Assembly: GCA_015069295.1 (NCBI GenBank)
Contig: SVIW01000002.1
Location: forward strand, 14,753-78,752
DNA from: Clostridiales bacterium
GTDB lineage: Bacteria > Bacillota > Clostridia > Christensenellales > Borkfalkiaceae
Direction: 5' to 3'
DNA: 64,000 nt
The position numbers were made by a program, and so were the translations under genes. The notes under the pieces were generated by a model, which was given only the letters and a program-made list of their open reading frames with translations, had not been told where the DNA came from and made no database searches. Shown piece by piece: positions 9,334 to 18,046 of this stretch; within the stretch, counting starts at the first letter, position 1, and each line of letters opens with the position of its first letter.

Positions 9334-9699
9334 TTAAATCACCACAGAAAACTCGCCTTCCGTTGCTTGGGAAAGCGCCGTTTCCGATTTCGCAAGGGCG
9401 AATTTTTCACAGCCCTCGTCTAAAAGCTCTTCGAGCGCGTCGAAAATATCGTTGCAAAGCCCGACTTCGTCAAAATTCCGCAGCGCGCGTTTTACCAACT
9501 TTCCAAACCGCTCGTCGTAATAGTTGCCGTCTAAAACGAACGCGTTTAAGACGATTGCGGCGTTTTTTATCTGCTGCGTTTTTCCCGCTCTTTTTTGTAA
9601 ATCCGTCGCCGCGCGCACCTGTGAGGCAAAATCGGAAGAGTCTTTAAAACTTGCGTATGCCGACCACTCGCCGTCTATAAAAGCGTATAAAATAAACAT
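9334..9699 (-). CDS. Hypothetical small cytoplasmic protein
   Basis: 121-aa ORF with GGAGAG just upstream of the ATG. It ends 8 nt before the MBL lipoprotein gene, so it is probably co-transcribed. Confidence 0.6.
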   Translation of the reverse strand: MFILYAFIDGEWSAYASFKDSSDFASQVRAATDLQKRAGKTQQIKNAAIVLNAFVLDGNYYDERFGKLVKRALRNFDEVGLCNDIFDALEELLDEGCEKFALAKSETALSQATEGEFSVVI

Positions 9700-9720
9700 A
9701 TTCTCTCCGTTATTCGTTTG

Positions 9721-9752
9721 AAAAAAGCCGCCGCCGTTTTCGCGGCGACGGC
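9721..9752 (-). terminator. Intrinsic terminator ending the pfl operon
   Basis: The minus strand reads GCCGTCGCCGCGAAAACGGCGGCGGC followed by TTTTTT (9 bp plus one mismatch). Confidence 0.78.
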
Positions 9753-9776
9753 TTTATCCGTTTCCTATTTTCCCGA

Positions 9777-10010
9777 TTACATCGATTCGTGAATGGTTCT
9801 AGAGATAACGTCATCTTGCTGTTCTTTCGTAAGCTTGATGAAGTTTACCGCATAACCGGATACACGGATGGTAAGCTGGGGATATTTTTCAGGATGCGCC
9901 TGCGCGTCCAAAAGGGTTTCACGGCTGAAAACGTTGACGTTGAGGTGATGACCGCCGTCGCCGACGTAGCCGTCCAACATATTAACCAAGTTATCTACTC
10001 TGTTCGACAT
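9777..10010 (-). CDS. Stand-alone glycyl-radical domain protein (equivalent to the PFL C-terminus; GrcA-like)
   Basis: 77 aa. HLNVNVF...[32 protein letters not shown] contains the RVSGYAV glycyl-radical loop. AAGGAG lies 8 nt upstream of the ATG. Confidence 0.9.
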   Translation of the reverse strand: MSNRVDNLVNMLDGYVGDGGHHLNVNVFSRETLLDAQAHPEKYPQLTIRVSGYAVNFIKLTKEQQDDVISRTIHESM

Positions 10011-10093
10011 ATTCGTAATTCTCCTTATATTTTTATTGTATGCTTGTTTTGTTTGCCTTGCGCCCTGTAACGAGCGAAAGACTGTTCGCCCAA

Positions 10094-12127
10094 TTAGTCC
10101 TCTTTACCAAGGGAATCGGGGGTAATCGAGAAGGTATTGGAAATACCGTCTCTCGAATATTCGTAGGGAAGTTTTGCAACCGATTCGAGGGACGCCAACG
10201 CGCCGTTTGCGTCTCTGCCGTGCATCGGGTTTGCACCGGGAGCAAGAGGAGTACCCGCTCTTCTGCCGTCGGGCGTGTTACCCGTCTTCTTACCGTATAC
10301 AACGTTGGACGTGATGGTAAGAATGGAAGTCGTAGGAACACTGTCGCGATAGGTGTAGTGGCTCTTTACCTTCTTCATAAAGGTCTTCACGAGCCAAACC
10401 GCGATTTCGTCTGCGCGATCGTCGTTGTTACCGTATTTGGGGAAGTCGCCTTCAATACGGTAATCTACTACGATACCGTCTTCACTGCGGATCGGATATA
10501 CCTTTGCGTACTTGATTGCGGACAATGCGTCAGCAGCACAGGACAGACCTGCGATACCCGTTGCGAAGAAACGACGTACCTTCGTGTCGTGCAACGCCAT
10601 TTCCAACGCTTCGTAGCTGTACTTATCGTGCATATAGTGGATTACGTTCAAAGTGTTCACGTAAAGCTCTGCAAGCCACGTCATCATGTTATCGAACTTC
10701 GCACAAACTTCATTAAAGTCAAGCGCGTCGTTGCTGGTGATCGCCGCAAATTCGGGGGAAACCTGCATGGGTTTGCCCGTCTTTTTGTCCTTCATCAATT
10801 CGTCTTTACCGCCGTTGATTGCGTACAGCAAGCACTTTGCAAGGTTTGCTCTTGCGCCGAAGAACTGCATATCCTTACCCACTCTCATACAGCTTACGCA
10901 GCAAGCGATACAGTAGTCGTCGCCCATTTCAGGACGCATCAAATCGTCGCTTTCGTACTGGATAGAAGAGGTGCGGATAGAGATTTCTGCACAGTATCTC
11001 TTGAAGTTGATCGGCAATCTCTTCGACCACAAAACGGTAAGGTTGGGTTCGGGTGCGGGACCAAGGTTGTCGAGGGTGTGGAGAACACGGAAGGAGTTCT
11101 TGGTTACCAAGGATCTGCCGTCTACGCCCATACCGCCGATAACTTCGGTTACCCAGGTAGGGTCGCCCGAGAAGAGCTCGTTATATTCCTTCGTTCTCAT
11201 AAACTTCACGATACGAAGCTTCATAATGAAGTGGTCCATCAATTCCTGCGCTTCTTCTTCCGTGATGATACCCTTTGCAAGGTCGCGTTCAATATAGATA
11301 TCGAGGAAGGTGCTGTTTCTACCGATGGACATTGCCGCACCATTTTGATCTTTCACTGCGCCAAGGTAGCCAAAGTACAACGCCTGGATTGCCTCCTGCG
11401 CCGTTTCAGCGGGCTTGGAAATATCGCAGCCGTAAACGGCAGCCATTTCTTTAAGAGCTTTCAAAGCTTTGATCTGATCGGAAACTTCTTCGCGGTCGCG
11501 TACCTTGTCAGGAGTCATCGTACCGCCCATATTCAGCTTATCTTCTTCCTTCTTTTTGATAAGATAATCTACGCCGTAAAGGGCTACACGACGATAGTCG
11601 CCTACGATACGACCTCTACCGTAACCGTCGGGAAGACCCGTCAAGATGTGTGCGGAACGAGCCGCTCTCATTTCGGGAGTATACCCGTCGAAAACGCCCT
11701 CGTTGTGCGTTTTGCGGTATTTCGTGAAAATCTCTTTAACTTCAGGATCCAATTCAAAACCGTAGAGATTCAGCGCGCTTTCGGAAATACGAAGCCCGCC
11801 GAAAGGCTGTAACGAACGCTTGAAAGGCTTGTCCGTCTGTACGCCTACGATTTTTTCAAGATCTTTATCCAAATAGCCTGCGCCGTGCGAGGTAAGCGTG
11901 GAAACAATCTTCGTATCCGCGTCCAAAACACCGCCTGCTTCACGTTCTTTTTTAGAAAGATCGCAAACGATTTCCCAAAGCTTTTTCGTAGCTTCCGTTG
12001 CGGGCGCAAGGAAAGTTGCGTCGCCTTCATACGGCGTGTAGTTGCGCTGAATGAAATCGCGCACGTCTACTTCGTCATCGCACCATTTACCGGGAACGAA
12101 TCCTTCCCAACCTTTGTATTGCATCAT
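10094..12127 (-). CDS. pflB: Formate C-acetyltransferase (pyruvate formate-lyase) catalytic core, lacking the glycyl-radical domain
   Basis: WEGF...[16 protein letters not shown]-terminus. Cys-Cys active site IACCVSCM. It ends ...[10 protein letters not shown] then TAA. The start is placed at ATG 12127 (AGGAG 8 nt upstream) rather than the TTG at 12145. Confidence 0.92.
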   Translation of the reverse strand: MMQYKGWEGFVPGKWCDDEVDVRDFIQRNYTPYEGDATFLAPATEATKKLWEIVCDLSKKEREAGGVLDADTKIVSTLTSHGAGYLDKDLEKIVGVQTDKPFKRSLQPFGGLRISESALNLYGFELDPEVKEIFTKYRKTHNEGVFDGYTPEMRAARSAHILTGLPDGYGRGRIVGDYRRVALYGVDYLIKKKEEDKLNMGGTMTPDKVRDREEVSDQIKALKALKEMAAVYGCDISKPAETAQEAIQALYFGYLGAVKDQNGAAMSIGRNSTFLDIYIERDLAKGIITEEEAQELMDHFIMKLRIVKFMRTKEYNELFSGDPTWVTEVIGGMGVDGRSLVTKNSFRVLHTLDNLGPAPEPNLTVLWSKRLPINFKRYCAEISIRTSSIQYESDDLMRPEMGDDYCIACCVSCMRVGKDMQFFGARANLAKCLLYAINGGKDELMKDKKTGKPMQVSPEFAAITSNDALDFNEVCAKFDNMMTWLAELYVNTLNVIHYMHDKYSYEALEMALHDTKVRRFFATGIAGLSCAADALSAIKYAKVYPIRSEDGIVVDYRIEGDFPKYGNNDDRADEIAVWLVKTFMKKVKSHYTYRDSVPTTSILTITSNVVYGKKTGNTPDGRRAGTPLAPGANPMHGRDANGALASLESVAKLPYEYSRDGISNTFSITPDSLGKED

Positions 12128-12222
12128 ATCAATAACTCCTATCAATAATTTTTTATTCTTTTATTATCCACCGTTCTTTCCCCTTTAAACAGAGTTTAAG
12201 AAGAAAGCGGTTATCGTCGAAT

Positions 12223-12540
12223 TTATTTCGCGGCTTTGCGTTCTTCCAGCTTTGCGTCCAGCCAAAGCTCTAAAATCTCTTCGGGCTGAAATCCCGAACA
12301 GCGGGCGAAAATCTCGCCGTCTTCCACGAGCAAAATGGTAGGCACTTTTTCCACTCCCCATTCTTCCATCAACGGCAGCGTCGTATAGTCCGCCTCTACG
12401 TGCACCAACCGCACGTCGCTTCGAGCATCGCAAATGGATTTTAAAACGGGCATCAACGTCAAACAGTTTGCGCAAGATTCGCCGCTGATTTCCACGCAAC
12501 AAAGCCCTTTTAATTGTTCTTTATAATTCTTTACGTCCAT
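12223..12540 (-). CDS. Thioredoxin-fold protein with a CxxC motif
   Basis: 105 aa. SGESCANCLTLMPVL sits at the usual Trx active-site position, and KVPTILLVEDGE resembles the cis-Pro loop region. Its start overlaps the pflA stop (TAATG). Confidence 0.72.
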   Translation of the reverse strand: MDVKNYKEQLKGLCCVEISGESCANCLTLMPVLKSICDARSDVRLVHVEADYTTLPLMEEWGVEKVPTILLVEDGEIFARCSGFQPEEILELWLDAKLEERKAAK

Positions 12541-13268
12541 TATCTACCTTCACAAAGTATGCGTTTTGCGTTTAGAACCTTTTCTTTAGACGGCGCCGCT
12601 ACCCCTTTCAAGGGATATTCGATGCCCAGTCTTTCGTATTTCGCCGTGCCCATCGTGTGATAGGGCAAAACCTCTACCTTTTCCACACTGGAAAGCCCGT
12701 CGATAAACGCGCGCGTACGCCTTAAAACCTCGTCCTCGTCGGTAACACCGGGCAAAATCACCTGCCGTATCCAAGTCGGTTTTTTACGTTCGCTTAAAAA
12801 CTTTGCAAACGCCAACGTATGCGCGTTGCTTTGCCCCGTCAGTTTTTTACACGCCTCGTCGTCGATATGCTTGATGTCGAGCAAAAACAAATCGGTTACC
12901 TGCAAAAGCTTTTTATGTTTTTCCACGCTAATAGCGGAATCGGGATTAAACGTTATTCCAGAAGTATCTACGCAGGTGTGTATGCCTTTGGATTTTAAGA
13001 GAGTAAACAGCTCGATCACGAAATCAATCTGCAAAAGCGGCTCGCCGCCCGTAACCGTTACGCCGCCCTTGTCCCCAAAATAGTTTTTATAACGAAGTAT
13101 CCGCGCAGCGACGTCTTCCACGGTATATTCGGGCGCGTCTGCCCCCCAAGTATCGGGATTGTGGCAATATTGACAGCGCAAGGGACAGCCCTGCAAAAAG
13201 ACCACGAAACGAATACCGGGTCCGTCTACGGTGCCGAAAGATTCGAATGAATGAATACGTCCCGTCAA
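12540..13268 (-). CDS. pflA: Pyruvate formate-lyase activating enzyme (radical SAM)
   Basis: 242 aa. CPLRCQYCHNPDTW radical-SAM cluster motif and GGVTVTGGEPLLQ. TTG start with AGGAGG 5 nt upstream. Confidence 0.92.
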   Translation of the reverse strand: MTGRIHSFESFGTVDGPGIRFVVFLQGCPLRCQYCHNPDTWGADAPEYTVEDVAARILRYKNYFGDKGGVTVTGGEPLLQIDFVIELFTLLKSKGIHTCVDTSGITFNPDSAISVEKHKKLLQVTDLFLLDIKHIDDEACKKLTGQSNAHTLAFAKFLSERKKPTWIRQVILPGVTDEDEVLRRTRAFIDGLSSVEKVEVLPYHTMGTAKYERLGIEYPLKGVAAPSKEKVLNAKRILCEGR

Positions 13269-13333
13269 GGTGACCTCCTTTATCCGCTTGCCTTCTTGGG
13301 AGAAGAAATTGCCTTTCTTTCACTCCACATAGC

Positions 13334-13362
13334 ATTATAACAAATAAACCCCTTTTTGTCAA
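13334..13362 (-). promoter_or_regulatory. Consensus sigma-A promoter of the pfl operon
   Basis: Minus strand: TTGACA (13362-13357), 17 nt, TATAAT (13339-13334). Confidence 0.6.
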
Positions 13363-13428
13363 GTCTTTCAGAAAAATTTTTCCCATTCTTTCGAATTTAT
13401 CCCCGTAGGGGATTTTTGGAAAACAAGT

Positions 13429-13461
13429 GAAAGGGTCGCGGCGAAACGCCGCGACCCTTTC
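13429..13461 (-). terminator. Probable terminator downstream of the GtrA-family gene
   Basis: Perfect 15-bp stem gaaagggtcgcggcg / cgccgcgaccctttc with loop aaa. On the minus strand it is followed by ACTTGTTTTCC, a weak U-tract. Confidence 0.5.
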
Positions 13462-13601
13462 TAACATCAAAAAAGGAGTTTAACACATCTTGTAAGCGTG
13501 ATTTTCCGTCGGTAAATCGCATTCTTCCGACTTTGCGCCCCTATTATACAACATATTTTTTCAAATTTCAATACCTTTTTGAAAAATTTTTCAAACTTTT
13601 T

Positions 13602-14102
13602 TTACGAACGGAAAATCAATAGCTTTCTGCTCACGTAATTTAACGCCAACACGATACAGGTCATCACGATTTTCGCTACCCATTCTTTCCAGGGTAGGAA
13701 AAGTTCTACACGCTGAAAAAGCACGATATCGGGCAAAAGACGGACGAGCAACAAAACCCCCAATTCGGTTACCGCCAATCCAAACAACCCAATCAAGGTA
13801 AAGACCAAAAAGGAACGTTTCGTTTTTACCTTGTCTTTATCCTTTACCGCACGGAAAACGAAGGAAACGGAAAGCAGCCAATTTATAAGCAGTCCCACCA
13901 AAAACCCAAGCGCCGTCGCGATTGCAAGCGAGAAAAAATTCCAAGCGCCGCCCCCAAGGGTTGCGGGCAGCAGCCAAGCTCGGAACAAATAAAACACCGC
14001 GTAATCGGCAAGGGTTGCTATCGCGCCGACGATAAGAAAGCGCAAAATTTCAAAAAACAAGTCTTTTTTCGTTTGCGGCGGATTTTTCTTATCTTCCGTC
14101 AT
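13602..14102 (-). CDS. GtrA-family membrane protein
   Basis: 166 aa with four TM helices. FLIVGAIATLADYAVFYLF is a typical GtrA-like start. Confidence 0.82.
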   Translation of the reverse strand: MTEDKKNPPQTKKDLFFEILRFLIVGAIATLADYAVFYLFRAWLLPATLGGGAWNFFSLAIATALGFLVGLLINWLLSVSFVFRAVKDKDKVKTKRSFLVFTLIGLFGLAVTELGVLLLVRLLPDIVLFQRVELFLPWKEWVAKIVMTCIVLALNYVSRKLLIFRS

Positions 14103-14194
14103 ATTCTTTCTCCTTATTCGTTTTCGTCTATTATAGCACGTCTTTTCGTCCTTGTCAATACTTCAACGCGTACCTGCCCCGCCCATTTTATATT

Positions 14195-14230
14195 AAAAAC
14201 GCTCTTTGGCGTGAACCAAAGAGCGTTTTT
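14195..14230 (-). terminator. Intrinsic terminator after rpoC
   Basis: aaaaacgctctttgg / ccaaagagcgttttt stem with a 6-nt loop and A/T tracts on both sides. Confidence 0.82.
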
Positions 14231-14233
14231 ATA

Positions 14234-17200
14234 TTAGTTTTCTGCCGCTTCTTCCGCGGTTTCTTCTGCCTGAGCAGTCTTTGCGGAAGCATTGTAACCG
14301 CCGATATATTGAGGTGCAATCGTCTTATACGACTTTGTACCCGTACCTGCGGGGATCAATTTACCGATGATAACGTTTTCTTTCAAGCCGACGAGATAGT
14401 CTCTCTTCGTGCGGATAGCCGCTTCGGTAAGCACTCTCGAAGTTTCTTGGAAGGACGCCGCGGACAAGAAGCTGTCGGTTGCAAGCGCCGCTTTGGTGAT
14501 ACCAAGAAGGACACGTTTTGCAAGAGCAGGTCTGCCGCCGTTTGCCATCGCTTTCGCGCTTTCGTCTTGGAAGGTAACCATATCGACGAGTTCACCGGGC
14601 AACAAGTTAGTGTCGCCTGCGTTTTCTACGCGAACCTTCTTCAACATCTGACGAACGATGATTTCAACGTGCTTGTCGTTGATTTCAACGCCTTGCGAAC
14701 GGTATACGGACTGTACCTGTTCGAGGATATAGTCCTGTACGCCCTTGACGCCTTGTACGCGGAGAATATCCTGAGGATATACGCTACCTGCGTTCAGCAA
14801 ATCGCCGGGAACGACCTTTTCGCCGTTCTTAACCTTGATTTCTGCATTGAAAGGAAGGGTGTATTCTTTCTTGACTTCGCCCGTCGTTTCGTCGGTAATC
14901 TTGATATGCTTCGAACCGTCGGAATCGTCGATGGAGATGATACCTTCTACTTCGCAAATGGTTGCGCAGCCCTTCGGCTTTCTAACTTCGAACAATTCTT
15001 CGACACGGGGAAGACCTTGCGTGATGTCCCCCGTCGCTGCGATACCACCCGTATGGAAGGTACGCATGGTAAGCTGAGTACCGGGTTCACCGATGGATTG
15101 CGCCGCAATCGTACCGACTGCTTCGCCCACCTGTACGGGAAGGGTCGTCGCCATATTTTTACCGTAGCACTTCGCGCATACGCCGTATCTGGACGAACAG
15201 CCGAAGATGCTGCGAATGGAAATTTCTTTAAACCCAGCCGCAACGATGGCTTCCGCTTCCTTTTCGTCGATGAACTGGTTCATTGCTACGAGGACTTCGC
15301 CCGTTTCGGGGTGTACGACGTCTTCCGCTGCAAATCTACCCAAAATTCTCGATTTCAAGCCTTCGATTTCCTTACCGACTGCGTCGTAGATTGCACGAAC
15401 GACCATACCTTGCGGCTTTCTGCCTGCGCAGCAATCGTCTTCGCGGACGATGATTTCGTGCGAAACGTCTACGAGACGACGGGTAAGGTACCCCGAGTCT
15501 GCCGTCTTCAACGCGGTATCGGTCAAACCTTTACGGCCACCGTGCGAGGAAATGAAATATTCGAGAACGGAAAGACCGTTACGGAAACAGGATTTTACGG
15601 GAACTTCGATCTTTTTACCCTGCGGGTTAACCATTAGACCACGCATACCTGCAAGCTGTTTAATCTGGTCGATAGAACCACGGGCACCGGAGTCCGCCAT
15701 CATCCAAATCGGGTTGAATTTATCTTCTTCACCCTGTTTCTTCAAGAGGGTAGCCACCTTGTCGGTCGCTGCGTCCCACTGCGCGATAACAGCGCTGTAA
15801 CGTTCGTCTTCGTTCAAAAGACCACGCGCGTATTTCTTCGCGATCTTGGAAACTTCCGCCTCTGCGTGTTCTACGATTTCCTGCTTTTCTGCGGGAATCT
15901 TCATATCGAATACCGACGTCGTCAAAGCGGCGATCGTCGAGTATTTGTACCCTCTTTCCTTCATTGCGTCAAGGACGTAGGACGCCTTGGGCGCTTTGCC
16001 GGTACGGAAGGAGGCTTCAACGATACGGGAGAGATGTTTCTTGCCGATTGCGCGTGCCTTGCCGATAAATTCGGTGTCGAGTTCGAGGCGAAGGAAGGAT
16101 TCGGGGGTTTCTCTCTTGACAAAGCCAAGGTCCTGCGGCAAACCGTCGTTGTAAATCAAACGCCCGATCGTCGTCTTGATGATACCCGAAACTTCCAATT
16201 TGCCCGTCTTTTCGTTGCGGCGAACTTCCGCGCATTTTACGAGCGTTTCCCCTTCTTTGTTTTCTACGGGGCATCTGTAAGGCAAGGGCAGGTCTTCGAA
16301 CATTCCTTCGGGAAGTTCGACTACGCGCTTGAGATACATTTCGTCCTGCGCGTGCGCAAGCTTGTTTTGGTACGCAAGCATCGCTTCGTTTTCAGACGAG
16401 TATACGGGAGGAATATATTCTTCCCCTTCCGCACAAGGACGACCCTGTTCGTCGTATCTCTTGCCCTCTTCTCTGCGTTTAATCGTCAAGCAATACGCAC
16501 CGATAATCATATCTTGCGTAGGCGACATTACGGATTTACCGTCGGCAAGCTTCAAAATGTTGTTTGCCGAAAGCATCAAAAATCTTGCTTCCGCCTGCGC
16601 TTCTACGCTGAGGGGAAGGTGCACAGCCATCTGGTCGCCATCGAAGTCGGCGTTGAAAGGTCCGCAAACAAGCGGGGAAATCTTAATCGCACGGCCTTCG
16701 ATGAGGACGGGTTCAAACGCCTGAATAGACAAACGGTGCAAAGTAGGTGCACGGTTCAAAAGAACGGGGTGGTCCTTGATAACGTCTTCGAGAACGTTCC
16801 AAACCATATCTCTCGCCTTTTCTACGGCGCGCTTTGCCGTCTTAATGTTGTGGCATTGTCCGCTTTCTACCAAACGCTTCATAATGAAGGGCTTGAACAG
16901 TTCGATTGCCATTTCCTTGGGCAAACCGCATTGGTAAATCTTCAATTCGGGACCGACGACGATAACCGAACGGCCGGAATAGTCTACACGTTTACCCAGC
17001 AAGTTCTGACGGAAACGCCCCTGTTTCCCGCGAAGCATCGCGGAGAGGGATTTCAAATCGCGGTTGGAAGGTCCGGTGAGCGCCTTGCCCTTTCTGCCGT
17101 TATCAATCAACGCGTCCACCGCTTCTTGTAACATACGTTTTTCGTTTTTGATGATCATTTCAGGCGCGCTGATCTCCATCATCTTCTTCAAACGGTTGTT

Positions 17201-18025
17201 ACGGTTGATAACGCGGCGGTACAAATCGTTCAAGTCGGAAGTAGCAAATCTACCGCCGTCAAGCTGTACCATAGGACGGATATCGGGGGGGATGACGGGA
17301 AGTACCGTCAAAATCATCCATTCGGGACGGTTACCGCTCTTTCTGAACGATTCGATAACTTCCAAACGCTTGATAGCTTTCATTGCCTTTTGACCGGGAC
17401 CCTTGGGGTTTGCGGAAGCTTCTGCAAGCGCCTGCTTACATTCTTCGCTTTCCTTGTCAAGATCGACAGCCATCAAAAGTTCACGGATGGATTCCGCGCC
17501 CATACCGACTTTCAAGCCGGTTACGGACGAATCGCCGTACATTTCTTCGATTTCGCGAAGCTGTTTGTCGGTGATGACCTGTTTGTATTCAAGCTCGTTT
17601 ACGCTGCCGGGATTGAGCACGACGTAGGATGCAAAGTAAAGCACCTGTTCGAGCTGTTTGGGTCCCATATTCAAAAGCTGACCGATTTTAGAAGGTACGC
17701 CCTTGAAATACCAGATATGGGAAACGGGAGCCGCAAGCTCGATATGCCCCATTCTTTCACGGCGAACTTTCGAGCGGGTAATTTCAACGCCGCACTTTTC
17801 GCAAACGTGGCCTTTATATTTTACTCTCTTGTATTTACCGCAATGACATTCCCAATCCTTCATCGGCCCGAAAATCTTTTCGCAGAAAAGACCGTCTCTT
17901 TCGGGTTTTTGGGTACGGTAATTGATGGTTTCGGGCTTGGTTACCTCGCCGTACGACCATTCTCTGATTTTTTCAGGAGAAGCAATGCTGATTTGAATAG
18001 AATTGAAATCGTTTAACTCGTACAT
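14234..18025 (-). CDS. rpoC: DNA-directed RNA polymerase subunit beta-prime
   Basis: 1263 aa. [12 protein letters not shown] catalytic motif, zinc-binding CHCGKYK...CEKCG, and a conserved N-terminus [16 protein letters not shown]. Confidence 0.98.
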   Translation of the reverse strand: MYELNDFNSIQISIASPEKIREWSYGEVTKPETINYRTQKPERDGLFCEKIFGPMKDWECHCGKYKRVKYKGHVCEKCGVEITRSKVRRERMGHIELAAPVSHIWYFKGVPSKIGQLLNMGPKQLEQVLYFASYVVLNPGSVNELEYKQVITDKQLREIEEMYGDSSVTGLKVGMGAESIRELLMAVDLDKESEECKQALAEASANPKGPGQKAMKAIKRLEVIESFRKSGNRPEWMILTVLPVIPPDIRPMVQLDGGRFATSDLNDLYRRVINRNNRLKKMMEISAPEMIIKNEKRMLQEAVDALIDNGRKGKALTGPSNRDLKSLSAMLRGKQGRFRQNLLGKRVDYSGRSVIVVGPELKIYQCGLPKEMAIELFKPFIMKRLVESGQCHNIKTAKRAVEKARDMVWNVLEDVIKDHPVLLNRAPTLHRLSIQAFEPVLIEGRAIKISPLVCGPFNADFDGDQMAVHLPLSVEAQAEARFLMLSANNILKLADGKSVMSPTQDMIIGAYCLTIKRREEGKRYDEQGRPCAEGEEYIPPVYSSENEAMLAYQNKLAHAQDEMYLKRVVELPEGMFEDLPLPYRCPVENKEGETLVKCAEVRRNEKTGKLEVSGIIKTTIGRLIYNDGLPQDLGFVKRETPESFLRLELDTEFIGKARAIGKKHLSRIVEASFRTGKAPKASYVLDAMKERGYKYSTIAALTTSVFDMKIPAEKQEIVEHAEAEVSKIAKKYARGLLNEDERYSAVIAQWDAATDKVATLLKKQGEEDKFNPIWMMADSGARGSIDQIKQLAGMRGLMVNPQGKKIEVPVKSCFRNGLSVLEYFISSHGGRKGLTDTALKTADSGYLTRRLVDVSHEIIVREDDCCAGRKPQGMVVRAIYDAVGKEIEGLKSRILGRFAAEDVVHPETGEVLVAMNQFIDEKEAEAIVAAGFKEISIRSIFGCSSRYGVCAKCYGKNMATTLPVQVGEAVGTIAAQSIGEPGTQLTMRTFHTGGIAATGDITQGLPRVEELFEVRKPKGCATICEVEGIISIDDSDGSKHIKITDETTGEVKKEYTLPFNAEIKVKNGEKVVPGDLLNAGSVYPQDILRVQGVKGVQDYILEQVQSVYRSQGVEINDKHVEIIVRQMLKKVRVENAGDTNLLPGELVDMVTFQDESAKAMANGGRPALAKRVLLGITKAALATDSFLSAASFQETSRVLTEAAIRTKRDYLVGLKENVIIGKLIPAGTGTKSYKTIAPQYIGGYNASAKTAQAEETAEEAAEN

Positions 18026-18046
18026 AGTATTATCTCCTTTCCTCCA

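Noticed and set aside
9334-9699. The 121-aa protein as a barstar-like immunity partner for the secreted MBL-fold lipoprotein
   Set aside because: The only support is a vague resemblance of ...NDIFDALEELL... to the barstar DALWDCL region. The MBL protein has no evidence of being a nuclease toxin. This is too weak to claim.
10040-11812. 590-aa plus-strand ORF
   Set aside because: It is antisense to pflB, whose identity is unambiguous. It has no RBS and no recognisable domains.
13087-13470. 127-aa minus-strand ORF spanning the pflA 5' end and its promoter region
   Set aside because: It overlaps pflA out of frame and covers the consensus promoter and a terminator hairpin. Its product is Arg-rich and low-complexity.
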